Origin: the human T2T-CHM13v2.0 reference genome, Homo sapiens
Length of the DNA: 64,000 nt
Strand: one strand, 5' to 3'
Assembly (NCBI RefSeq): GCF_009914755.1
Contig: NC_060925.1
Part shown: one piece after another, positions 42,660-58,000 of the stretch
How positions within the stretch are numbered: the stretch's first letter is position 1
How the letters are laid out: each line of letters starts with the position of its first letter
Notes under the pieces: model-generated
Told to the model about the DNA's origin: nothing
Databases searched by the model: none
The model's input: only the letters and a program-made list of their open reading frames with translations
Program-made: the position numbers and the translations under genes

Positions 42660-45600
42660 GAATTCAAAGGAATCATCATCAAATGGAACCGAATGGAATC
42701 CTCATTGAATGGAAATGAAAGGGGTCATCATCTAATGGAATCGCATGGAATCATCATCAAATGGAATCGAATGGAATCATCATCAAATGGAATCTAATGG
42801 AATCATTGAACAGAATTGAATGGAATCGTCATCGAATGAATTGAATGCAATCATCGAATGGTCTCGAATGGAATCATCTTCTAATGGAAAGGAATGGAAT
42901 CATCGCATAGAATCGAATGGAATTATCATCGAATGGAATCGAATGGTATCAACACCAAACGGAAAAAAACGGAATTATCGAATGGAATCGAAGAGAATCT
43001 TCGAACGGACCCGAATGGAATCATCTAATGGAATGGAATGGAATAATCCATGGACCCGAATGCAATCATCATCGAATGGAATCGAATGGAATCATCGAAT
43101 GGACTCGAATGGAATAATCATTGAACGGAATCGAATGGAATCATCATCGGATGGAAACGAATGGAATCATCATCGAATGGAAATGAAAGGAGTCATCATC
43201 TAATGGAATTGCATGGAATCATCATAAAATGGAATCGAATGGAATCAACATCAAATGGAATCAAATGGAATCATTGAACGGAATTGAATGGAATCGTCAT
43301 CGAATGAATTGACTACAATCACCGAATGGTCTCGAATGGAATCATCTTCAAATGGAATGGAATGGAATCATCGCATAGAATCGAATGGAATTATCATCGA
43401 ATGGAATCGAATGGAATCAACATCAAACGGAAAAAAACAGAATTATCGTATGGAATCGAAGAGAATCATCGAATGGACCCGAAAGGAATCATCTAATGGA
43501 ATGGAATGGAATAATCCATGGACTCGAATGCAATCATCATCAAATGGAATCGAATGGAATCATCGAATGGACTCGAATGGAATAATCATTGAACGGAATC
43601 GAATGGAATCATCATCGGATGGAAATGAATGGAATCATCATCGAATGGAATCGAATAGAATTATGGAATGAAATCCAGTGTGATCATCATCGAATGGACC
43701 CGAATGGAATCATCATCCAACGGAAGCTAATGGAATCAACATCGAATGAATCAAATGGAAACACCATCGAATTGAACCGAATGGAATTATCATGAAATTG
43801 AAATGGATGGACTCATCATCGAATGGATTCGAATGGAATCATCGAATAAAATTGATTGAAATCATCATCGAATGGAATCGAATGGTATCATTGAATGGAA
43901 TCGAATGGAATCATCATCAGATGGAAATGAATGGAATCGTCATAGAATGGAATCGAATGGATTCATTGAATGGAATCAGATGGAATCATCGAATGGACTG
44001 GAATGGAATCATTGAATGGACTCGAAAGGGATCATTATTGAATGGAATTGAATGGAATCATCGAATGGTCTCGATTGGAATCATTATCAAATGGAATCGA
44101 ATGGAATCACCGAATAGAATCGAATGGAACAATCATCGAATGGACTCAAATGGAATTATCCTCAAATGGAATGGAATGGAATTATCGAATGCAATCGAAT
44201 GGAATTATCGAATGCAATCGAATAGAATCATCGAATGGACTCGAATGGAATCATCGAATGGAATGGAATGGAACAGTCAATGAACTCGAATGGAATCATC
44301 ATTGAATGGAATCGAATGGAATCATCGAGTGGAATCGAATGGAATTATGATCAAATGGAATCGAATGTAATCATCATCAAATGGAATCAAAAATAACCAT
44401 CATCAATTGGTATTGAATGGAATTGTCATCAAATGGAATTCAAAGGAATCATCATCAAATGGAACCGAATGGAATCCTCATTGAATGGAAATGAAAGGGG
44501 TCATCATCTAATGGAATCGCATGGAATCATCATCAAATGGAATCGAATGGAATCATCATCAAATGGAATCTAATGGAATCATTGAACAGAATTGAATGGA
44601 ATGGTCATCGAATGAATTGAATGCAATCATCGAATGGTCTCGAATGGAATCATCTTCTAATGGAAAGGAATGGAATCATCGCATAGAATCGATTGGAATT
44701 ATCATCGAATGGAATCGAATGGTATCAACACCAAACGGAAAAAAACGGAATTATCGAATGGAATCGAAGAGAATCTTCGAACGGACCCGAATGGAATCAT
44801 CTAATGGAATGGAATGGAATAATCCATGGACTCGAATGCAATCATCATCGAATGGAATCGAATGGAATCATCGAATGGACTCGAATGGAATAATCATTGA
44901 ACGGAATCGAATGGAATCATCATCGGATGGAAACGAATGGAATCATCATCGAATGGAAATGAAAGGAGTCATCATCTAATGGAATTGCATGGAATCATCA
45001 TAAAATGGAATCGAATGGAATCAACATCAAATGGAATCAAATGGAATCATTGAACGGAATTGAATGGAATCGTCATCGAATGAATTGACTGCAATCATCC
45101 AATGGTCTCGGAATCATCTTCAAATGGAATGGAATGGAATCATCGCATAGAATCGAATGGAATTATCATCGAATGGAATGGAATGGAATCAACATCAAAC
45201 GGAAAAAAACGGAATTATCGAATGGAATCGAAGAGAATCATCGAATGGACCCGAATGGAATCATCTAATGGAATGGAATGGAATAATCCATGGACTCGAA
45301 TGCAATCATCATCGAATGGAATCGAATGGAATCATCGAATGGACTCGAATGGAATAATCATTGAACGGAATCGAATGGAATCATCATCGGATGGAAATGA
45401 ATGGAATCATCATCGAATGGAATCGAATAGAATTATGGAATGAAATCCAGTGTGATCATCATCGAATGGACCCGAATGGAATCATCATCCAACGGAAGCT
45501 AATGGAATCAACATCGAATGAATCGAATGGAAACACCATCGAATTGAAACGAATGGAATTATCATGAAATTGAAATGGATGGACTCATCATCGAATGGAT

Positions 45601-47983
45601 TCGAATGGAATCATCGAATAAAATTGATTGAAATCATCATCGAATGGAATCGAATGGTATCATTGAATGGAATCGAATGGAATCATCATCAGATGGAAAT
45701 GAATGGAATCGTCATAGAATGGAATCGAATGGATTCATTGAATGGAATCAGATGGAATCATCGAATGGACTGGAATGGAATCATTGAATGGACTCGAAAG
45801 GGATCATGATTGAATGGAATTGAATGGAATCATCGAATGGTCTCGATTGGAATCATTATCAAATGGAATCGAATGGAATCACCGAATAGAATCGAATGGA
45901 ACAATCATCGAATGGACTCAAATGGAATTATCCTCAAATGGAATCGAATGGAATTATCGAATGCAATCGAATGGAATTATCGAATGCAATCGAATAGAAT
46001 CATCGAATGGACTCGAATGGAATCATCGAATGGAATGGAATGGAACAGTCAATGAACTCGAATGGAATCATCATTGAATGGAATCGAATGGAATCATCGA
46101 GTGGAATCGAATGGAATTATGATCAAATGGAATCGAATGTAATCATCATCAAATGGAATCAAAAATAACCATCATCAATTGGTATTGAATGGAATTGTCA
46201 TCAAATGGAATTCAAAGGAATCATCATCAAATGGAACCGAATGGAATCCTCATTGAATGGAAATGAAAGGGGTCATCATCTAATGGAATCGCATGGAATC
46301 ATCACCAAATGGAATCGAATGGAATCATCATCAAATGGAATCTAATGGAATCATTGAACAGAATTGAATGGAATCGTCATCAAATGATTTGAATGCAATC
46401 ATCGAATGGTCTCGAATGGAATCATCTTCTAATGGAAAGGAATGGAATCATCGCATAGAATCGAATGGAATTATCATCGAATGGAATCGAATGGTATCAA
46501 CACCAAACGGAAAAAAACGGAATTATCAAATGGAATCGAAGAGAATCTTCGAACGGACCCGAATGGAATCATCTAATGGAATGGAATGGAATAATCCATG
46601 GACTCGAATGCAATCATCATCGAATGGAATCGAATGGAATCATCGAATGGACTCGAATGGAATAATCATTGAACGGAATCGAATGGAATCATCATCGGAT
46701 GGAAACGAATGGAATCATCATCGAATGGAAATGAAAGGAGTCATCATCTAATGCAATTGCATGGAGTCATCATCAAATGGAATCGAATGGAATCAACATC
46801 AAATGGAATCTAATGGAATCATTGAACAGAATTGAATGGAATCGTCATCGAATGAATTGACTGCAATCATCGAATGGTCTCGAATGGAATCATCTTCAAA
46901 TGGAATGGAATGGAATCATCGCATAGAATCGAATGGAATTATCATCGAATGGAATCGAATGGAATCAACATCAAACGGAAAAAAACGGAATTATCGAATG
47001 GAATCGAAGAGAATCATCGAATGGACCCGAATGGAATCATCTAATGGAATGGAATGGAATAATCCATGGACTCGAATGCAATCATCATCGAATGGAATCG
47101 AATGGAATCATCGAATGGACTCGAATGGAATAATCATTGAACGGAATCGAATGGAATCATCATCAGATGGAAATGAATGGAATCATCATCGAATGGAATC
47201 GAATAGAATTATGGAATGAAATCCAGTGTGATCATCATCGAATGGACCCGAATGGAATCATCATCCAAAGGAAGCTAATGGAATCAACATCGAATGAATC
47301 AAATGGAAACACCATCGAATAGAAACGAATGGAATTATCATGAAATTGAAATGGATGGACTCATCATCGAATGGATTCGAATGGAATCATCGAATAAAAT
47401 TGATTGAAATCATCATCGAATGGTATCGAATGGTATCATTGAATGGAATCGAATGGAATCATCATCAGATGGAAATGAATGGAATCGTCATAGAATGGAA
47501 TCGAATGGATTCATTGAATGGAATCAGATGGAATCATCGAATGGACTGGAATGGAATCATTGAATGGACTCGAAAGGGATCATGATTGAATGGAATTGAA
47601 TGGAATCATCGAATGGTCTCGATTGGAATCATTATCAAATGGAATCGAATGGAATCACCGAATAGAATCGAATGGAACAATCATCGAATGGACTCAAATG
47701 GAATTATCCTCAAATGGAATCGAATGGAATTATCGAATGCAATCGAATGGAATTATCGAATGCAATCGAATAGAATGATCGAATGGACTCGAATGGAATC
47801 ATCGAATGGAATGCAATGGAACAGTCAATGAACTCGAATGGAATCATCATTGAATGGAATCGAATGGAATCATCGATTGGAATCGAATGGAATTATGATC
47901 AAATGGAATCGAATGTAATCCTCATCAAATGGAATCAAAAATAACCATCATCAATTGGTATTGAATGGAATTGTCATCAAATG

Positions 47984-49116
47984 GAATTCAAAGGAATCAT
48001 CATCAAATGGAACCGAATGGAATCCTCATTGAATGGAAATGAAAGGGGTCATCATCTAATGGAATCGCATGGAATCATCATCAAATGGAATCGAATGGAA
48101 TCATCATCAAATGGAATCTAATGGAATCATTGAACAGAATTGAATGGAATCGTCATCGAATGAATTGAATGCAATCATCGAATGGTCTCGAATGGAATCA
48201 TCTTCTAATGGAAAGGAATGGAATCATCGCATAGAATCGAATGGAATTATCATCGAATGGAATCGAATGGTATCAACACCAAACGGAAAAAAACGGAATT
48301 ATCGAATGGAATCGAAGAGAATCTTCGAACGGACCCGAATGGAATCATCTAATGGAATGGAATGGAATAATCCATGGACTCGAATGCAATCATCATCGAA
48401 TGGAATCGAATGGAATCATCGAATGGACTCGAATGGAATAATCATTGAACGGAATCCAATGGAATCATCATCGGATGGAAACGAATGGAATCATCATCGA
48501 ATGGAAATGAAAGGAGTCATCATCTAATGGAATTGCATGGAATCATCATAAAATGGAATCGAATGGTATCATTGAATGGAATCGAATGGAATCATCATCA
48601 GATGGAAATGAATGGAATCGTCATAGAATGGAATCGAATGGATTCATTGAATGGAATCAGATGGAATCATCGAATGGACTGGAATGGAATCATTGAATGG
48701 ACTCGAAAGGGATCATGATTGAATGGAATTGAATGGAATCATCGAATGGTCTCGATTGGAATCATTATCAAATGGAATCGAATGGAATCACCGAATAGAA
48801 TCGAATGGAACAATCATCGAATGGACTCAAATGGAATTATCCTCCAATGGAATGGAATGGAATTATCGAATGCAATCGAATGGAATTATCGAATGCAATC
48901 GAATAGAATCATCGAATGGACTCGAATGGAATCATCGAATGGAATGGAATGGAACAGTCAATGAACTCGAATGGAATCATCATTGAATGGAATCGAATGG
49001 AATCATCGAGTGGAATCGAATGGAATTATGATCAAATGGAATCGAATGTAATCATCATCAAATGGAATCAAAAATAACCATCATCAATTGGTATTGAATG
49101 GAATTGTCATCAAATG
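47984..49116 (+). repeat. 1133-bp deletion-variant unit (643 bp missing, junction ~48566)
   Basis: EcoRI 47984 to 49117. CATCATAAAATGGAATCGAATGG is joined directly to TATCATTGAATGG. Confidence 0.9.
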
Positions 49117-52100
49117 GAATTCAAAGGAATCATCATCAAATGGAACCGAATGGAATCCTCATTGAATGGAAATGAAAGGGGTCATCATCTAATGGAATCG
49201 CATGGAATCATCATCAAATGGAATCGAATGGAATCATCATCAAATGGAATCTAATGGAATCATTGAACAGAATTGAATGGAATCGTCATCGAATGAATTG
49301 AATGCAATCATCGAATGGTCTCGAATGGAATCATCTTCTAATGGAAAGGAATGGAATCATCGCATAGAATCGAATGGAATTATCATCGAATGGAATCGAA
49401 TGGTATCAACACCAAACGGAAAAAAACGGAATTATCGAATGGAATCGAAGAGAATCTTCGAACGGACCCGAATGGAATCATCTAATGGAATGGAATGGAA
49501 TAATCCATGGACTCGAATGCAATCATCATCGAATGGAATCGAATGGAATCATCGAATGGACTCGAATGGAATAATCATTGAACGGAATCGATTGGAATCA
49601 TCATCGGATGGAAACGAATGGAATCATCATCGAATGGAAATGAAAGGAGTCATCATCTAATGGAATTGCATGGAATCATCATAAAATGGAATCGAATGGA
49701 ATCAACATCAAATGGAATCAAATGGAATCATTGAACGGAATTGAATGGAATCGTCATCGAATGAATTGACTGCAATCATCCAATGGTCTCGAATGGAATC
49801 ATCTTCAAATGGAATGGAATGGAATCATCGCATAGAATCGAATGGAATTATCATCGAATGGAATCGAATGGAATCAACATCCAACGGAAAAAAACGGAAT
49901 TATCGAATGGAATCGAAGAGAATCATCGAATGGACCCGAATGGAATCATGTAATGGAATGGAATGGAATAATCCATGGACTCGAATGCAATCATCATCGA
50001 ATGGAATCGAATGGAATCATCGAATGGACTCGTATGGAATAATCATTGAACGGAATCGAATGGAATCATCATCGGATGGAAATGAATGGAATCATCATCG
50101 AATGGAATCGAATAGAATTATGGAATGAAATCCAGTGTGATCATCATCGAATGGACCCGAATGGAATCATCATCCAACGGAAGCTAATGGAATCAACATC
50201 GAATGAATCAAATGGAAACACCATCGAATTGAAACGAATGGAATTACCATGAAATTGAAATGGATGGACTCATCATCGAATGGATTAATGGAATCATCGA
50301 ATAAAATTGATTGAAATCATCTTCGAATGGAATCGAATGGTATCATTGAATGGAATCGAATGGAATCATCATCAGATGGAAATGAATGGAATCGTCATAG
50401 AATGGAATCGAATGGATTCATTGAATGGAATCAGATGGAATCATCGAATGGACTGGAATGGAATCATTGAATGGACTCGAAAGGGATCATGATTGAATGG
50501 AATTGAATGGAATCATCGAATGGTCTCGATTGGAATCATTATCAAATGGAATCGAATGGAATCACCGAATAGAATCGAATGGAACAATCATCGAATGGAC
50601 TCAAATGGAATTATCCTCAAATGGAATCGAATGGAATTATCGAATGCAATCGAATGGAATTATCGAATGCAATCGAATAGAATCATCGAATGGACTCGAA
50701 TGGAATCATCGAATGGAATGGAATGGAACAGTCAATGAACTCGAATGGAATCATCATTGAATGGAATCGAATGGAATCATCGAGTGGAATCGAATGGAAT
50801 TATGATCAAATGGAATCGAATCTAATCATCATCAAATGGAATCAAAAATAACCATCATCAATTGGTATTGAATGGAATTGTCATCAAATGGAATTCAAAG
50901 GAATCATCATCAAATGGAACCGAATGGAATCCTCATTGAATGGAAATGAAAGGGGTCATCATCTAATGGAATCGCATGGAATCATCATCAAATGGAATCG
51001 AATGGAATCATCATCAAATGGAATCTAATGGAATCATTGAACAGAATTGAATGGAATCGTCATCGAATGAATTGAATGCAATCATCGAATGGTCTCGAAT
51101 GGAATCATCTTCTAATGGAAAGGAATGGAATCATCGCATAGAATCGAATGGAATTATCATCGAATGGAATCGAATGGTATCAACACCAAACGGAAAAAAA
51201 CGGAATTATCAAATGGAATCGAAGAGAATCTTCGAACGGACCCGAATGGAATCATCTAATGGAATGGAATGGAATAATCCATGGACTCGAATGCAATCAT
51301 CATCGAATGGAATCGAATGGAATCATCGAATGGACTCGAATGGAATAATCATTGAACGGAATCGAATGGAATCATCATCGGATGGAAACGAATGGAATCA
51401 TCATCGAATGGAAATGAAAGGAGTCATCATCTAATGGAATTGCATGGAATCATCATAAAATGGAATCGAATGGAATCAACATCAAATGGAATCAAATGGA
51501 ATCATTGAACGGAATTGAATGGAATCGTCATCGAATGAATTGACTGCAATCATCCAATGGTCTCGAATGGAATCATCTTCAAATGGAATGGAATGGAATC
51601 ATCGCATAGAATCGAATGGAATTATCATCGAATGGAATCGAATGGAATCAACATCAAACGGAAAAAAACGGAATTATCGAATGGAATCGAAGAGAATCAT
51701 CGAATGGACCCGAATGGAATCATCTAATGGAATGGAATGGAATAATCCATGGACTCGAATGCAATCATCATCGAATGGAATCGAATGGAATCATCGAATG
51801 GACTCGAATGGAATAATCATTGAACGGAATCGAATGGAATCATCATCGGATGGAAATGAATGGAATCATCATCGAATGGAATCGAATAGAATTATGGAAT
51901 GAAATCCAGTGTGATCATCATCGAATGGACCCGAATGGAATCATCATCCAACGGAAGCTAATGGAATCAACATCGAATGAATCAAATGGAAACACCATCG
52001 AATTGAAACGAATGGAATTATCATGAAATTGAAATGGATGGACTCATCATCGAATGGATTCGAATGGAATCATCGAATAAAATTGATTGAAATCATCATC

Positions 52101-54442
52101 GAATGGAATCGAATGGTATCATTGAATGGAATCGAATGGAATCATCATCAGATGGAAATGAATGGAATCGTCATAGAATGGAATCGAATGGATTCATTGA
52201 ATGGAATCAGATGGAATCATCGAATGGACTGGAATGGAATCATTGAATGGACTCGAAAGGGATCATGATTGAATGGAATTGAATGGAATCATCGAATGGT
52301 CTCGATTGGAATCATTACCAAATGGAATCGAATGGAATCACCGAATAGAATCGAATGGAACAATCATCGAATGGACTCAAATGGAATTATCCTCCAATGG
52401 AATGGAATGGAATTATCGAATGCAATCGAATGGAATTATCGAATGCAATCGAATAGAATCATCGAATGGACTCGAATGGAATCATCGAATGGAATGGAAT
52501 GGAACAGTCAATGAACTCGAATGGAATCATCATTGAATGGAATCGAATGGAATCATCGAGTGGAATCGAATGGAATTATGATCAAATGGAATCGAATGTA
52601 ATCATCATCAAATGGAATCAAAAATAACCATCATCAATTGGTATTGAATGGAATTGTCATCAAATGGAATTCAAAGGAATCATCATCAAATGGAACCGAA
52701 TGGAATCCTCATTGAATGGAAATGAAAGGGGTCATCATCTAATGGAATCGCATGGAATCATCATCAAATGGAATCGAATGGAATCACCATCAAATGGAAT
52801 CTAATGGAATCATTGAACAGAATTGAATGGAATCGTCATCGAATGAATTGAATGCAATCATCGAATGGTCTCGAATGGATTCATCTTCTAATGGAAAGGA
52901 ATGGAATCATCGCATAGAATCGAATGGAATTATCATCGAATGGAATCGAATGGTATCAACACCAAACGGAAAAAAACGGAATTATCGAATGGAATCGAAG
53001 AGAATCTTCGAACGGACCCGAATGGAATCATCTAATGGAATGGAATGGAATAATCCATGGACTCGAATGCAATCATCATCGAATGGAATCGAATGGAATC
53101 ATCGAATGGACTCGAATGGAATAATCATTGAACGGAATCGATTGGAATCATCATCGGATGGAAACGAATGGAATCATCATCGAATGGAAATGAAAGGAGT
53201 CATCATCTAATGGAATTGCATGGAATCATCATAAAATGGAATCGAATGGAATCAACATCAAATGGAATCAAATGGAATCATTGAACGGAATTGAATGGAA
53301 TCGTCATCGAATGAATTGACTGCAATCATCCAATGGTCTCGAATGGAATCATCTTCAAATGGAATGGAATGGAATCATCGCATAGAATCGAATGGAATTA
53401 TCATCGAATGGAATCGAATGGAATCAACATCCAACGGAAAAAAACGGAATTATCGAATGGAATCGAAGAGAATCATCGAATGGACCCGAATGGAATCATG
53501 TAATGGAATGGAATGGAATAATCCATGGACTCGAATGCAATCATCATCGAATGGAATCGAATGGAATCATCGAATGGACTCGAATGGAATAATCATTGAA
53601 CGGAATCGAATGGAATCATCATCGGATGGAAATGAATGGAATCATCATCGAATGGAATCGAATAGAATTATGGAATGAAATCCAGTGTGATCATCATCGA
53701 ATGGACCCGAATGGAATCATCATCCAACGGAAGCTAATGGAATCAACATCGAATGAATCAAATGGAAACACCATCGAATTGAAACGAATGGAATTATCAT
53801 GAAATTGAAATGGATGGACTCATCATCGAATGGATTCGAATGGAATCATCGAATAAAATTGATTGAAATCATCATCGAATGGAATCGAATGGTATCATTG
53901 AATGGAATCGAATGGAATCATCATCAGATGGAAATGAATGGAATCGTCATAGAATGGAATCGAATGGATTCATTGAATGGAATCAGATGGAATCATCGAA
54001 TGGACTGGAATGGAATCATTGAATGGACTCGATAGGGATCATTATTGAATGGAATTGAATGGAATCATCGAATGGTCTCGATTGGAATCATTATCAAATG
54101 GAATCGAATGGAATCACCGAATAGAATCGAATGGAACAATCATCGAATGGACTCAAATGGAATTATCCTCAAATGGAATCGAATGGAATTATCGAATGCA
54201 ATCGAATGGAATTATCGAATGCAATCGAATAGAATCATCGAATGGACTCGAATGGAATCATCGAATAGAATGGAATGGAACAGTCAATGAACTCGAATGG
54301 AATCATCATTGAATGGAATCGAATGGAATCATCGAGTGGAATCGAATGGAATTATGATCAAATGGAATCGAATGTAATCATCATCAAATGGAATCAAAAA
54401 TAACCATCATCAATTGGTATTGAATGGAATTGTCATCAAATG

Positions 54443-55037
54443 GAATTCAAAGGAATCATCATCAAATGGAACCGAATGGAATCCTCATTGAATGGAAATG
54501 AAAGGGGTCATCATCTAATGGAATCGCATGGAATCATCATAAAATGGAATCGAATGGAATCAACATCAAATGGAATCAAATGGAATCATTGAACGGAATT
54601 GAATGGAATCGTCATCGAATGAATTGGATGCAATCATCGAATGGTCTCGAATGGAATCTTCTTCAAATGGAATGGAATGGAATCATCGCATAGAATCGAA
54701 TGGAATTATCATCGAATGGAATCGAATGGAATCAACATCAAACGGAAAAAAACGAAATTATCGAATGGAATCGAAGAGAATCATCGAATGGACCCGAATG
54801 GAATCATCTAATGGAATGGAATGGAATAATCCATGGACTCGAATGCAATCATCATCGAATGGAATCGAATGGAATCATCGAATGAACTCGAATGGAATCA
54901 TCATTGAATGGAATCGAATGGAATCATCGAGTGGAATCGAATGGAATTATGATCAAATGGAATCGAATGTAATCATCATCAAATGGAATCAAAAATAACC
55001 ATCATCAATTGGTATTCAATGGAATTGTCATCAAATG
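54443..55037 (+). repeat. 595-bp minimal unit (1776-468-713)
   Basis: EcoRI 54443 to 55038. A single sub-repeat (ORF 54603, ELDAII type) ends in the 713-bp deletion junction at ~54884. Confidence 0.88.
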
Positions 55038-58000
55038 GAATTCAAAGGAATCATCATCAAATGGAACCGAATGGAATCCTCATTGAATGGAAATGAAAGG
55101 GGTCATCATCTAATGGAATCACATGGAATCATCATCAAATGGAATCGAATGGAATCTTCATCAAATGGAATCTAATGGAATCATTGAACAGAATTGAATG
55201 GAATCGTCATCGAATGAATTGAATGCAATCATCGAATGGTCTCGAATGGAATCATCTTCTAATGGAAAGGAATGGAAACATCGCATAGAATCGAATGGAA
55301 TTATCATCGAATGGAATCGAATGGTATCAACATCAAACGGAAAAAAACGGAATTATCGAAAGGAATCGAAGAGAATCTTCGAACGGACCCGAATGGAATC
55401 ATCTAATGGAATGGAATGGAATAATCCATGGACTCGAATGCAATCATCATCGAATGGAATCGAATGGAATCATCGAATGGACTCGAATGGAATAATCATT
55501 GAACGGAATCGAATGGAATCATCATCGGATGGAAATGAATGGAATCATCATCGAATGGAATCGAATAGAATTATGGAATGAAATCCAGTGTGATCATCAT
55601 CGAATGGACCCGAATGGAATCATCATCCAACAGAAGCTAATGGAATCAACATCGAATGAATCGAATGGAAACACCATCGAATTCAAACGAATGGAATTAC
55701 CATGAAATTGAAATGGATGGACTCATCATCGAATGGATTCGGATGGAATCATCGAATAAAATTGATTGAAATCATCATCGAATGAAATCGAATGGTATCA
55801 TTGAATGGAATCGAATGGAATCATCATCAGATGGAAATGAATGGAATCGTCATAGAATGGAATCGAATGGATTCATTGAATGGAATCAGATGGAATCATC
55901 GAATGGACTGGAATGGAATCATTGAATGGACTCGAAAGGGATCATGATTGAATGGAATTGAATGGAATCATCGAATGGTCTCGATTGGAATCATTATTAA
56001 ATGGAATCGAATGGAATCACCGAATAGAATCGAATGGAACAATCATCGAATGGACTCAAATGGAATTATCCTTAAATGGAATCGAATGGAATTATCGAAT
56101 GCAATCGAATAGAATCATCGAATGGACTCGAATGGAATCATCGAATGGAATGGAATGGAACAGTCAATGAACTCGAATGGAATCATCATTGAATGGAATC
56201 GAATGGAATCATCGAGTGGAATCGAATGGAATTATGATCAAATGGAATCGAATCTAATCATCATCAAATGGAATCAAAAATAACCATCATCAATTGGTAT
56301 TGAATGGAATTGTCATCAAATGGAATTCAAAGGAATCATCATCAAATGGAACCGAATGGAATCCTCATTGAATGGAAATGAAAGGGGTCATCATCTAATG
56401 GAATCGCATGGAATCATCATCAAATGGAATCGAATGGAATCATCATCAAATGGAATCTAATGGAATCATTGAACAGAATTGAATGGAATCGTCATCGAAT
56501 GAATTGAATGCAATCATCGAATGGTCTCGAATGGAATCATCTTCTAATGGAAAGGAATGGAATCATCGCTTAGAATCGAATGGAATTATCATCGAATGGA
56601 ATCGAATGGTATCAACACCAAACGGAAAAAAACGGAATTATCGAATGGAATCGAAGAGAATCTTCGAACGGACCCGAATGGAATCATCTAATGGAATGGA
56701 ATGGAATAATCCATGGACTCGAATGCAATCATCATCGAATGGAATCGAATGGAATCATCGAATGGACTCGAATGGAATAATCATTGAACGGAATCGAATG
56801 GAATCATCATCGGATGGAAACGAATGGAATCATCATCGAATGGAAATGAAAGGAGTCATCATCTAATGGAATTGCATGGAATCATCATAAAATGGAATCG
56901 AATGGAATCAACATCAAATGGAATCAAATGGAATCATTGAACGGAATTGAATGGAATCGTCATCGAATGAATTGACTGCAATCATCGAATGGTCTCGAAT
57001 GTAATCACATTCTAATGGAAAGGAATGGAATCATTGCATAGAATCGAATGGAATTAACATTGAATGGACTCGAATGGAATCAACATCAAACGGAATCAAG
57101 CGGAATTATCGAATGGAATCGAAGAGAATCATCGAATGGTCTCGAATGGAATCATCTTCTAATGGAAAGGAATGGAATCATCGCATAGAATCGAATGGAA
57201 TTAACATTGAATGGACTCGAATGGAATCAACATCAAATGGAATCAAGCGGAATTATCGAATGAAATCGAAGAGAATCATCGAATGGACTCGAATGGAATC
57301 ATCTAATGGAATGGAATGGAATAATCCACGGACTCGAATGCAATCATCATCGTATAGAATCGAATGGAATCATCGAATGGACTCGAATGGAATAATCATT
57401 GAACGGAAGCGAATGGAATCATCATCGGATGGAAACGAATGGAATCATCATCGAATGGAAATGAAAGGAGTCATCATCTAATGGAATTGCATGGAATCAT
57501 CATAAAATGGAATCGAATGGAATCAAAATCAAATGGAATCAAATGGAATCATTGAACGGAATTGAATGGAATCGTCATCGAATGAATTGACTGCAATCAT
57601 CGAATGGTCTCGAATGGAATCATCTTCAAATGGAATGGAATGGAATCATCGCATAGAATCGAATGGAATTATCATCGAATGGAATCGAATGGAATCAACA
57701 TCAAACGGAAAAAAACGGAATTATCGAATGGAATCGAAGAGAATCATCGAATGGACCCGAATGGAATCATCTAATGGAATGGAATGGAATAATCCATGGA
57801 CTCGAATGCAATCATCATCGAATGGAATCGAATGGAATCATCGAATGGACTCGAATGGAATAATCATTGAACGGAATCGAATGGAATCATCATCGGATGG
57901 AAATGAATGGAATCATCATCGAATGGAATCGAATAGAATTATGGAATGAAATCCAGTGTGATCATCATCGAATGGACCCGAATGGAATCATCATCCAACG

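Noticed and set aside
43792-44283. Longer 163-aa ORFs (also 59846, 61622)
   Set aside because: They arise from a single ATCATGATTG>ATCATTATTG substitution that removes a stop; there is no sign of coding constraint.
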